The translations under genes were made by a program, and so were the position numbers. Shown here in pieces: positions 34,382-42,692 of a stretch of 64,000 nt of DNA. The stretch comes from an uncultured Gemmatimonadales bacterium (GTDB lineage Bacteria; Gemmatimonadota; Gemmatimonadetes; Gemmatimonadales; GWC2-71-9). The stretch covers positions 1,280,001 through 1,344,000 of the forward strand of contig CAWCFX010000001.1 in the NCBI GenBank assembly GCA_963795085.1. The letters are read 5' to 3'. The stretch's first letter is position 1. Every line of letters begins with the position of its first letter. The notes below the pieces were generated by a model. It was not told the DNA's origin. It made no database searches and was given only the letters and a program-made list of their open reading frames with translations.

Positions 34382-34695
34382 GTGGGCGGATGGTTTCGAG
34401 GCGCTATACCGCAAAGGGCGGGCCTCTCCGCGCCGCTTTCAGTCGCCTGCCTTCTCTGCGTTAAGGTCGCGGATGGGTGACGGTCTCCTGGATGTGAGCG
34501 TGCCTTGCCACGAACGCACGAAACACCTACGAAACGGAAAATCAGATCAACGACCCTTGCGGCCCATCGGGCCGACAGGCTTCGTTTCAAGATTGTGACT
34601 GTTTCCTGTTTTGTTGTTGTGGTGTTTGGCTTGTTCGTGACAAAGGCAGGGTCGGCCTCGGAACCGTGAAGGAAGCCAGGCTGCAGCCCGCCCAC
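34382..34695. repeat. Multi-stem inverted-repeat element between convergent genes
   Basis: GTGGGCGG (34382-89) / CCGCCCAC (34688-95); GGTTTCGAGG (34392-401) / CCTCGGAACC (34656-65); imperfect long arms 34501-34540 / 34602-34648; inner hairpin CGGCCC-ATC-GGGCCG (34560-74). Confidence 0.55.
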
Positions 34696-34714
34696 TTCGA
34701 AGCCCCGATGACCC

Positions 34715-35959
34715 TTACCGATCGTTCTTCAGGAACCCGATCCGGGGCCGTTCCCGCTGCAGGGTTTCCGCATCGAGGGTGATATCCTCGGCCTGGAGCT
34801 CGGTCAGTTCGGCGATCTCCATCCGTCCGTCGGCGGCGGCCCGCGACGCCATCCGGGCGTAGGCCTGCTCGAACAACGACCGGGCAAAACGGGCGTTGCC
34901 GAAGTTGGGCCGCCGGGTCACCTCGGCAAAGACGCCGGCCGCCTTGTCGAGGGCTTCGGCGGTGAGGGCGAGTCCGGCTGTTTCAGTGAAGCGCTGGAAG
35001 ATGCGCAGGAGTTCCGCGGCCGAATAGTCGGGGAAGTCGATATAGGTGCGAAAGCGGCTTCGGAGGCCCGGGTTGGACCCGATAAAATCGGCCATCTCGT
35101 CGGCGTATCCTGCCACGACCAGGGCCAGCTCGCTCCGATGGTCCTCCATGGCCTTGACGAGGGTTGCGATCGCCTCGTTGCCGAAATCCACGTTTCCCGA
35201 CGGAGCCAGGGCGTAGGCTTCGTCGATGAACAGCACGCCGGGCCTGGTGCGGTTGATCAGTTCGGTGGTCTTGATGGCGGTCTGCCCCACGTAGCCGGCC
35301 ACCAGGTCGGCGCGGGTGGCCTCGATGAAGCCGGTCCCTGGCAATGCCCCGACGGCGCCGTAGAGCCGTGCGACCAGCCGGGCCACCGTGGTCTTGCCGG
35401 TCCCGGGCGGCCCCGTGAAGACCAGGTGGAGGCTGGGATTGACCACCGCAAGCCCCGCTTTCTCCCGGTGCATATTGGCCTCGACCACGGCGATCACGCT
35501 TCTGACCTGGGCCTTGACCGGTCCCAGGCCCACCAGGCCATCGAGCTCGGCCATGATATCCGCCGGATCTTCGGCGGCCGTCCGCGTGGCTTCCACCGGT
35601 TGCGCCGCGGCGGCCGGCTGGGCTTCCGCCCCCGACAGGCGGACCGGGCCGCTGCCGTCCGCGCGGGTCCCTGAATCCGGGCTGGGCCGCAGGGCACTGA
35701 GGGCCGCGGTCACCGCGTCGAGTTCGGTGCTGATCGAAGCGAGCAGGACGGTGGCCGCCTCGGTCATGGCGGGCGGGGTATGCGATCGCCCCGGCGGTTC
35801 CAGGGCGGCCCGGGCCCGGTCGAGCAGGGGCCCCAGCTCGCCGTGGTTGCGGAATCGCCGGGCGATCGCGAACACCACGTGCCGCGCTTCGACCGTGTCA
35901 TGCCCAGAGGCCTTGGCGGTCGAAACGGCGGCATCCTGGAGCTGGGATCGGAGCATCAT
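34715..35959 (-). CDS. SpoVK/CbbX/EccA-clade AAA+ ATPase with Clp-N-like N-terminal region and C-terminal RIGF motif
   Basis: ELDGLVGLGPVK, HLVFTGPPGTGKTTVAR, DLVAGYVGQTAIKT, VLFIDEAYAL, NPGLRSRF, FGNAR. N-terminus reads AVSTAKASGHDTVEARHVVFAI; tail reads RPRIGFLK. Confidence 0.88.
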   Translation of the reverse strand: MMLRSQLQDAAVSTAKASGHDTVEARHVVFAIARRFRNHGELGPLLDRARAALEPPGRSHTPPAMTEAATVLLASISTELDAVTAALSALRPSPDSGTRADGSGPVRLSGAEAQPAAAAQPVEATRTAAEDPADIMAELDGLVGLGPVKAQVRSVIAVVEANMHREKAGLAVVNPSLHLVFTGPPGTGKTTVARLVARLYGAVGALPGTGFIEATRADLVAGYVGQTAIKTTELINRTRPGVLFIDEAYALAPSGNVDFGNEAIATLVKAMEDHRSELALVVAGYADEMADFIGSNPGLRSRFRTYIDFPDYSAAELLRIFQRFTETAGLALTAEALDKAAGVFAEVTRRPNFGNARFARSLFEQAYARMASRAAADGRMEIAELTELQAEDITLDAETLQRERPRIGFLKNDR

Positions 35960-35968
35960 GTTCCTCGC

Positions 35969-36427
35969 TTACGGATCGATCCAGCGCTTGCCGCCGAACT
36001 TCTGCTGCAGGGTGTCATCCAGTTCGTCGGCGGCGCCCAGCACCCCGTACATCGCGGCCCGCAGTTCCTCTTCGTCGAGGTAGTCGCCCAGCAGGGTGTG
36101 GACCATCGAGATCGTCAGCATGCCGGCATTGTTCTGGTCATCGGCCACGATAATGCTGGCAAACCACTTCTGGGGCGCGGTCCGGACCAGGTACTCGTAC
36201 AGCGCAGGTGTCGGCGTCACACCGTAGAGGACGGGGGCCGAGATCCGGACCAGTGTCTGCGGCTCGCCATCCTTGTTTTTGCCCCAGTCCACAACCCGCA
36301 GGTGGGCCGCTGTACTCGAATCGGTGAAGGTCACCCGGATGAAGTCGCCCATCAGCTGGATCTGCAGGTTCATGGGGCCGGTCAGCAGCCGTTGCACCTT
36401 GATCATCGTCTGGTCAACGTTGGCCAT
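35969..36427 (-). CDS. YbjN / T3SS-chaperone-like (TY-Chap-type) protein
   Basis: 152 aa with SSTAAHLRV, VRISAPVLYGVTPTPALYEYL and HTLLGDYLDEEEL...AADELDDTLQQKFGG, a pattern I recognise from YbjN-like peptide-binding chaperones. Confidence 0.7.
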   Translation of the reverse strand: MANVDQTMIKVQRLLTGPMNLQIQLMGDFIRVTFTDSSTAAHLRVVDWGKNKDGEPQTLVRISAPVLYGVTPTPALYEYLVRTAPQKWFASIIVADDQNNAGMLTISMVHTLLGDYLDEEELRAAMYGVLGAADELDDTLQQKFGGKRWIDP

Positions 36428-36487
36428 GTCAGGATCTCGGGTGTGGAGGAAAGGAATCAGAAAGGATGGTTCCAGGTGCCATGAGCA

Positions 36488-36859
36488 CTACCGGACTCGC
36501 ACGGTGCTGTTGAAGATCTGCGGCGCGACGACGATGTCGACCAGGGCGCCGGGCGAAACCAGGACCTGGCCGGATCGGAATGGCTGCCCGTTCGAGGCGG
36601 GTTGCGCCTCGAACTCGATCGCCCCGCCGCCCACCAGGTTGGGGGGGAGCCGGAAGTCCGCCGACATGCCGGGATGCACGGTGCCCAGCCGCTGCCGGAT
36701 GCCGGAGCCGGAGGCAAAAATCTCGACCGGGAGCGCATAGTTGTTGGTGGTCCGCACCTCGACCGCGCTCAGGGGGGGCAGGGTATCCGTTCCGCCGGTG
36801 CGCGAACAGGCGGCAGCGGCCGCCAGGAGAAGCGTAAGGACCAGGGCCGCGCGACGCAT
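36488..36859 (-). CDS. Hypothetical lipoprotein (small beta-rich)
   Basis: MRRAALVLTLLLAAAAAC lipobox-like signal; GGAGG RBS upstream. Confidence 0.7.
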   Translation of the reverse strand: MRRAALVLTLLLAAAAACSRTGGTDTLPPLSAVEVRTTNNYALPVEIFASGSGIRQRLGTVHPGMSADFRLPPNLVGGGAIEFEAQPASNGQPFRSGQVLVSPGALVDIVVAPQIFNSTVRVR

Positions 36860-36904
36860 TCGGGGCGCCTCCAGGGTGAGGGATGCCGGGCGAGAGGACG
36901 TGCG

Positions 36905-37117
36905 TTATGGCGTGGTTCGGCTCCGCCCCCGGGCCCGGAGAGCCAGCAGCAGCATGATCAGGCCGAAGGCCAGCAACACCAGGCCCCACCAGAGATTCAC
37001 GTTGTACCCCAGGGAACGGGCATAGATCGCCGTGTCCGAGACCAGGCCGAAGACAGTCAGCATGGCGCCGAAAATCAGGAACATCAGCCCCATGGGGAGC
37101 CGCAAGTCGAGGTTCAT
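36905..37117 (-). CDS. Small two-TM membrane protein, probable partner of the solute:sodium symporter
   Basis: LDLRLPMGLMF...NVNLWWGLVLLAFG; lies 5 bp downstream of the SSS gene. Confidence 0.75.
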   Translation of the reverse strand: MNLDLRLPMGLMFLIFGAMLTVFGLVSDTAIYARSLGYNVNLWWGLVLLAFGLIMLLLALRARGRSRTTP

Positions 37118-37122
37118 CGCGG

Positions 37123-38832
37123 TTACCAGAAAATAATGTTGAGGACCAGCGTCGCGCCGAGGACGATCACCCCCAGGGCGGCCGGCCGACGGTACCAGGC
37201 CAGGTGGTGGTCCACCTCCCGCGGGGTGAGCGCATAGACCAGTCCACGGAGGTCATCGTCCGTCTTCCGGTCGCGGGTCACGAACGAGATCACGATCGTG
37301 GCGACGAAGCAGGTGGTCCAGGCGACGATGGCGGTCCAGAAGTTCTGAGCCATTTCGCTCGGGTAGGTGTGCATCACGGTGCCAAAAAAGCCGCCCTTGA
37401 TGCCGGGCGCCGAGTTGAGCGGCAGCGAAATGCCGTGGTGGATGGCCGCCGAGAGGGTGCCCAGGACCAGGCCGAAGAAGGCGCCATGGCCGGTGGCCCG
37501 GCGCCAGAACATGCCCAGCAGGAAGGTCGCGAACAGCGGCGCATTGACGAAAGCGAACACCAGCTGCAGCATGTCCATGATGTTGTTGAACTTGGTCGTG
37601 GCATACGCGGCGGCGATGCTCAGCAGGATGCCAAAGACGGTGGCAAAGTGCCCCATCCACAGGTAGTGGCGGTCGGTCTGTCCCGGCTTGATGTACGACT
37701 GGTAGATATCGTAGGTCCACACCGTGTTGAACGCGGTCACGTTCCCCGCCATGCCGGACATGAACGAGGCCATCAGGGCGGTGAGCCCGAGGCCCAGGAG
37801 GCCGGTGGGCAGGTAGTGCGCCAGCATTACCGGGATGGCCAGGTTGTACTCGGGGTTGCCATCGGCGCCGATCGGCAGGAAGCCGCCGCTGCTGGAGTGG
37901 AGCGCGATGGCGATCATGCCCGGGAGGATCACCAGGGCGGGAAACAGCATCTTGGGGAACGCCGCCACCAGCGGGGTCCGCCGGGCGGCGTTCATGGACT
38001 CGGCGGCCATGGCCCGCTGCACCACCAGGAAGTCGGTGCACCAGTAGCCGAAGGAAAGCACGAACCCGAGGCCCATGGCCATGCCGAACCACTCGACGCC
38101 CATGGGATTGGCCGCCGCGGACCCGAGGTGCTGCCAGGATTCGGTCCACGCCCCCGGGGCATAGCCGGCATCGGTCGCGACCGGGACCAGCTTTTCCTTG
38201 AGGCCGGACCAGCCGCCCACGTCCTTGAGGCCAAGCAGCACGAGGGGCAGAAAGCCCAGGACGATGAGGAAAAACTGGAGGACCTCGTTATAGATGGCCG
38301 AGGTAAGGCCCCCGAGGAAAATGTACACCAGCACGATGACCGCCGAGACCACGACGCTGGCGTGGAAGTTCCACCCCAGGATCAGTTCCAGCAGCTTGGC
38401 CAGCGCGTACATCGAGATGCCGGACGAAAAGACGGTCATCGCCGCGAAGGTGATGGCGTTGAAACCGCGGGTCTTCTCATCGAACCGGAGCCGGAGGTAC
38501 TCGGGAACCGAGCGGGCCCGGGATCCGTAATAGAACGGCATCATGAACACGCCCACGAAAACCATGGCCGGGATGGCGCCCACCCAGTAGAAATGGCTGG
38601 TCATGATCCCGTACTTGGCGCCCGATGCCGCCATGCCGATGACTTCCTGGGCGCCCAGGTTGGCCGAGAGAAACGCAAGGCCGGCAATCCAGGTGGGGAT
38701 CGACCGGCCGGAGAGGAAGAAATCGTCGCTGCTCTTGACGTAGCGGCGCAGGACCACGCCGATACCCAGCACAAAAGCGAAGTACACGATCAGAATGGCG
38801 TAGTCTATCGCGCCCAGCTGGATCTGATGCAC
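37123..38832 (-). CDS. Sodium:solute symporter (Na+/galactose cotransporter-like)
   Basis: DFFLSGRS, SANLGAQEVIGM, SVPEYLRLRF, GGLTSAIYNEVLQF, YWCTDFLVVQR, ASFMSG, TYDIY; many TM segments. Confidence 0.9.
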   Translation of the reverse strand: MHQIQLGAIDYAILIVYFAFVLGIGVVLRRYVKSSDDFFLSGRSIPTWIAGLAFLSANLGAQEVIGMAASGAKYGIMTSHFYWVGAIPAMVFVGVFMMPFYYGSRARSVPEYLRLRFDEKTRGFNAITFAAMTVFSSGISMYALAKLLELILGWNFHASVVVSAVIVLVYIFLGGLTSAIYNEVLQFFLIVLGFLPLVLLGLKDVGGWSGLKEKLVPVATDAGYAPGAWTESWQHLGSAAANPMGVEWFGMAMGLGFVLSFGYWCTDFLVVQRAMAAESMNAARRTPLVAAFPKMLFPALVILPGMIAIALHSSSGGFLPIGADGNPEYNLAIPVMLAHYLPTGLLGLGLTALMASFMSGMAGNVTAFNTVWTYDIYQSYIKPGQTDRHYLWMGHFATVFGILLSIAAAYATTKFNNIMDMLQLVFAFVNAPLFATFLLGMFWRRATGHGAFFGLVLGTLSAAIHHGISLPLNSAPGIKGGFFGTVMHTYPSEMAQNFWTAIVAWTTCFVATIVISFVTRDRKTDDDLRGLVYALTPREVDHHLAWYRRPAALGVIVLGATLVLNIIFW

Positions 38833-39053
38833 GGTGGGTGAATCCTGGAGAATGGTCGGGTTGGCGGACCTTCAGGCACCGGGAGAGTCGAGTCGGAACC
38901 CCGCCGCGGCGTAGAGGATATATGGTATCGAAGGGCCTGGGGCAAGGGTCTGCTGGCGGAAGTTCCCTGGGGGGCGTAAGTTTTTGTCGGTGGAGCCACC
39001 GGCATCCCCCCCGCCGGCAACTCGCATTCCGTATCCCACTATCTGGAACATCC

Positions 39054-41102
39054 ATGAGCCGTCCTGCCGGTTTTGCCCTGTCCCTGCTGGCCAGCGTCCT
39101 GCTGCTCTCTCCCCGCTCCCTGGCCGGCCAGGTCGAGATATCTTCGCCGGATGCCCGGACCCGGTTCACGATTCTGAGCCAGGAGGGGCGCCTCGTCTGG
39201 TCCCTGGAACGGGACGGCAGGTCCCTGGTCCTGCCCTCGGGACTGGGTTTCGAGTTTCGGGGCGCCGCCCCCCTCCGGGACGGCCTCAGGATCGTGGATT
39301 CCACCCGCTCCTCCCGGGATGAGTGGTGGACCCAGCCCTGGGGGGAGGTGACCCGGGTGCATGATCACCACAACGAGCTGGCGGTCACGGTCCAGGAGAC
39401 GGCTCCGCAGGGACGCCGGTTCATTTTCCGGGTCCGTGCCTTCGACGATGGGATCGGATTTCGATATGAGTTCCCCGAACAGCCGGGGATGTCGGCCTTC
39501 GAGATCATGGAAGAGTTGACCGAGTTCCACCTGGCCGACAACGGCCGGGCGTGGTGGATCCCCTCCAACTGGCCTCGCAAGGACCGCTCCGAGATGCTCT
39601 ACTCCTCGGGGCCGGCAAGCCTTCTCGACAGCGTCCAGACGCCGCTCACGATCGAGTCCCAGGATGGCCGGACCTTCATGGTCATCCACGAGGCGAACCT
39701 GGTGGATTATGCCCGGATGTTCCTGGCCGGGACGCGGACCGAAAGCCGGCAATTGCGCGCCGCCCTGGCCCCGATGGCCGATGGCCTCAAGGTCCGGGGC
39801 CGGACCCCGTTCGAGACCCCCTGGCGGACCATCCAGCTGGCCGACCGGGCGACCGACCTGTCGCCATCCGTCCTGGGGCTCAACCTGAACCCGCCCAGCC
39901 GGATCGATTCTACCAAGTGGATCACCCCCATGAAGTACGTGGGGATCTGGTGGGGCATGCATATCAACACGATGACCTGGGGGTCCGGTCCCAAGCATGG
40001 AGCCACCACCGCGAATACCCGGCGGTATATCGATTTTGCCGCCGCGAACGGGCTGGGCGGGGTGCTGGTCGAGGGGTGGAATACCGGCTGGGACGGGGAC
40101 TGGATCGCCAACCGGGAGGCGTTTTCCTTCACCCAGGCGTATCCCGATTACGACCTCGCCGGCCTGGCCCGCTACGCAAAAGAGAAGGGCGTCAGGCTGA
40201 TCGTGCACAACGAGACCTCGGGCGGGGTCCAGAACTACGAGCGCCAGATGGACAGTGCCTTTGCGCTCTACCAGTCGCTGGGCCTCGACGCCATCAAGTC
40301 CGGCTACGTCACCGACCTGACCACCGAAGGGCACTCCCACTACTCCCAGTTCATGGTGCAGCACTACCGCCGGGTCATCGAGACGGCTGCCCGGCACGGC
40401 ATCATGCTGGACGTGCACGAGCCGATGCACGATACCGGCGAGCGGCGGACCTGGCCCAACATGATGACCCGGGAGGGTTCCCGGGGGATGGAGTACAACG
40501 CCTGGAGCGGGGACGGCGGCAATCCGCCGGAGCACGAATCCATCCTTTTCTTTACCCGGCTGCTGGCCGGCCCGATGGACTTCACCCCCGGCGTGTTTGA
40601 CCTGTTGATCGAGCGGGGCACCGGCCGCCCGCGCCGCCCCGATGAGCCGCGAATCCGGACCACCCTCGCCAAGCAGCTGGCCCTGTACGTCGTCCTCTAC
40701 TCGCCGCTCCAGATGGCGGCCGACCTGCCCGAGAACTACGAAGACCAGCCCGCCTTTCAGTTCATCCGGGACGTGGCCGTGGACTGGGACACCACCCGCG
40801 TCCTCGAGGGCAGAATCGGCGATTACGTCGTGGTCGCCCGCCGCGAAAAGGGCCGGGACCAGTGGTTCCTGGGCGCCATCACCGACGAGGCCGCCCGGAG
40901 TTTCACCGTGCCACTTTCCTTCCTCACGCCCGGCCGGCGGTATGTCGCCGAAATCTACGCCGACGGACCCCGGGCCCACTGGCTGGACAACCCGCTACCG
41001 GTCGCCATTTCCAGCCGCCCGGTGACGTCCGCGACGCGGCTCCGGATCGCGATGGCGCCGGGCGGCGGGCAGGCCATTCGCATCCGCCCGGCGGCCCGGT
41101 AG
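39054..41102 (+). CDS. GH97 alpha-glucosidase (SusB-like)
   Basis: FDDGIGFRY, IHEANLVDY, TPWRTI, KYVGIWWGMH, VLVEGWNTGW, HNET, TWPNMMTREG, FTRLLAGPMDFTPG, SPLQMAAD. Confidence 0.93.
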   Translation: MSRPAGFALSLLASVLLLSPRSLAGQVEISSPDARTRFTILSQEGRLVWSLERDGRSLVLPSGLGFEFRGAAPLRDGLRIVDSTRSSRDEWWTQPWGEVTRVHDHHNELAVTVQETAPQGRRFIFRVRAFDDGIGFRYEFPEQPGMSAFEIMEELTEFHLADNGRAWWIPSNWPRKDRSEMLYSSGPASLLDSVQTPLTIESQDGRTFMVIHEANLVDYARMFLAGTRTESRQLRAALAPMADGLKVRGRTPFETPWRTIQLADRATDLSPSVLGLNLNPPSRIDSTKWITPMKYVGIWWGMHINTMTWGSGPKHGATTANTRRYIDFAAANGLGGVLVEGWNTGWDGDWIANREAFSFTQAYPDYDLAGLARYAKEKGVRLIVHNETSGGVQNYERQMDSAFALYQSLGLDAIKSGYVTDLTTEGHSHYSQFMVQHYRRVIETAARHGIMLDVHEPMHDTGERRTWPNMMTREGSRGMEYNAWSGDGGNPPEHESILFFTRLLAGPMDFTPGVFDLLIERGTGRPRRPDEPRIRTTLAKQLALYVVLYSPLQMAADLPENYEDQPAFQFIRDVAVDWDTTRVLEGRIGDYVVVARREKGRDQWFLGAITDEAARSFTVPLSFLTPGRRYVAEIYADGPRAHWLDNPLPVAISSRPVTSATRLRIAMAPGGGQAIRIRPAAR

Positions 41103-41147
41103 CCCAGGCTCCCCCCACGACTCCCACGCAGAGGTCCTGACACGCCT

Positions 41148-42692
41148 ATGGCAACCGCCGCGACCGCCACCGCCATCCGGCCCAAGCCCACCCTCCGGTT
41201 CTGGGATATCTGGAACATGAGTTTCGGGTTCCTCGGCATCCAGTTCGGGTTTGCACTGCAGAACGCCAATGTCAGCCGGATCTTCGAAACCCTGGGCGCC
41301 AGCGTCGAGAACATCCCGATTCTCTGGATCGCCGCGCCGGTGACAGGGCTGGTCATCCAGCCGATCGTGGGGTATCTCAGCGACCGGACCTGGAACCGGC
41401 TGGGCCGGCGGCGGCCCTATTTCCTGGTGGGCGCGGTGCTGGCCTCGCTGGCCCTGGTGGCGATGCCCAACTCGCCCTCGCTCTGGGTCGCGGCCGGCAT
41501 GCTCTGGATCATGGACGCGTCCATCAATATCTCCATGGAGCCGTTCCGGGCCTTCGTGGGAGACAACCTGCCCTCCTCGCAGCGTACGGCCGGGTTCGCG
41601 ATGCAGAGTTTCTTCATCGGGACCGGCGCGGTGGTGGCGTCCATCCTGCCCTGGCTCCTGACCACCCAGTTCGGGGTCAGCAACGAGGCGCCGCCGCACA
41701 TGATTCCCGACTCGGTCCGCTGGTCGTTCTATCTCGGCGCGGCCATCTTCTTCGTGGCGGTGCTCTGGACCGTGTTCCGCTCCCGGGAGTATTCGCCCGA
41801 GGAGATGGCCCATTTCACGGAGAATGTCGCCCGGGAAGAAACCGTCCGGCCGGTGGGGACTCCGGAGCAGCACGTAGCCTACGGCAAGGGCCAGGTTCGC
41901 CGCGGCTCCATCCTGCTCGTGATCGGCCTGGCGTTCAGTCTCTGGCTGGCCAGCGCGGCTCTCTACCAGGTCATGATCCTGAGCGCCGGGATCGCGGTCG
42001 CGGGCCTGCTCCTCATCCTCAGCGGGTTCCTGCAGCGGGCGGGGCGCTACGACAACGGGTTCGTGACCATCCTGAATGACTTCCAGGACATGCCCCGGAC
42101 CATGCGGCAACTGGCCTGGGTCCAGTTCTTTTCCTGGTTTGCGCTCTTCGCCATGTGGATTTATACCACGGGCGCGGTGACCAGCCATCTCTACGGCACC
42201 TCTGACCCGACCTCTCCGCTGTACAACGAGGGCGCCAACTGGGTGGGCGTGGGTTTCGCCACTTACAACGGCATTGCCGCCCTGGTGGCCTTCGGGATTC
42301 CCGTGCTGGCCCGGCGGACCAGCCGCAAGGCCACTCATGCGATCTGCCTGGTCTGTGGAGCCATCGGGCTGCTCTCGATCTTCGTCATCAGCGACCCGAG
42401 GCACCTGCTCGGCTCCATGATCGGGGTCGGCATCGCCTGGGCCAGCATCCTCTCGATGCCCTACGCGATTCTCTGCGGATCGCTGCCGCCGTCCAAGCTG
42501 GGGTACTACATGGGTGTTTTCAATTTCTTCATCGTCATCCCCCAGATCGTGGCCGCCGTCATCCTGGGCTTCCTGGTCGGCCGGCTGTTCGGCGGCGAGG
42601 CGATCTACGCCCTGCTCATCGGCGGCGTCTCCCTGGTGCTCGCGGCGGTGCTCACCCTGCGGGTCCAGGACGAGGACGAGATCTGCGAATGA
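41148..42692 (+). CDS. MFS/GPH maltose-type sugar permease
   Basis: IWNMSFGFLGIQFGFALQ, LGRRRPYF, DASINISMEPFRA, VQFFSWFALFAMWIY, WASILSMPY, MGVFNFFIVIPQ. Confidence 0.9.
   Translation: MATAATATAIRPKPTLRFWDIWNMSFGFLGIQFGFALQNANVSRIFETLGASVENIPILWIAAPVTGLVIQPIVGYLSDRTWNRLGRRRPYFLVGAVLASLALVAMPNSPSLWVAAGMLWIMDASINISMEPFRAFVGDNLPSSQRTAGFAMQSFFIGTGAVVASILPWLLTTQFGVSNEAPPHMIPDSVRWSFYLGAAIFFVAVLWTVFRSREYSPEEMAHFTENVAREETVRPVGTPEQHVAYGKGQVRRGSILLVIGLAFSLWLASAALYQVMILSAGIAVAGLLLILSGFLQRAGRYDNGFVTILNDFQDMPRTMRQLAWVQFFSWFALFAMWIYTTGAVTSHLYGTSDPTSPLYNEGANWVGVGFATYNGIAALVAFGIPVLARRTSRKATHAICLVCGAIGLLSIFVISDPRHLLGSMIGVGIAWASILSMPYAILCGSLPPSKLGYYMGVFNFFIVIPQIVAAVILGFLVGRLFGGEAIYALLIGGVSLVLAAVLTLRVQDEDEICE

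Noticed and set aside
32949..34598. ORF 32949-34598 as an independent gene
   Set aside because: It is the middle segment of the frameshifted GH-A gene. Its tail after ~34180 is out of frame.
34715..35959. Calling the ATPase cbbX or eccA
   Set aside because: No Rubisco or ESX genes nearby, and no EccA-type TPR N-domain. Only the clade is supported.
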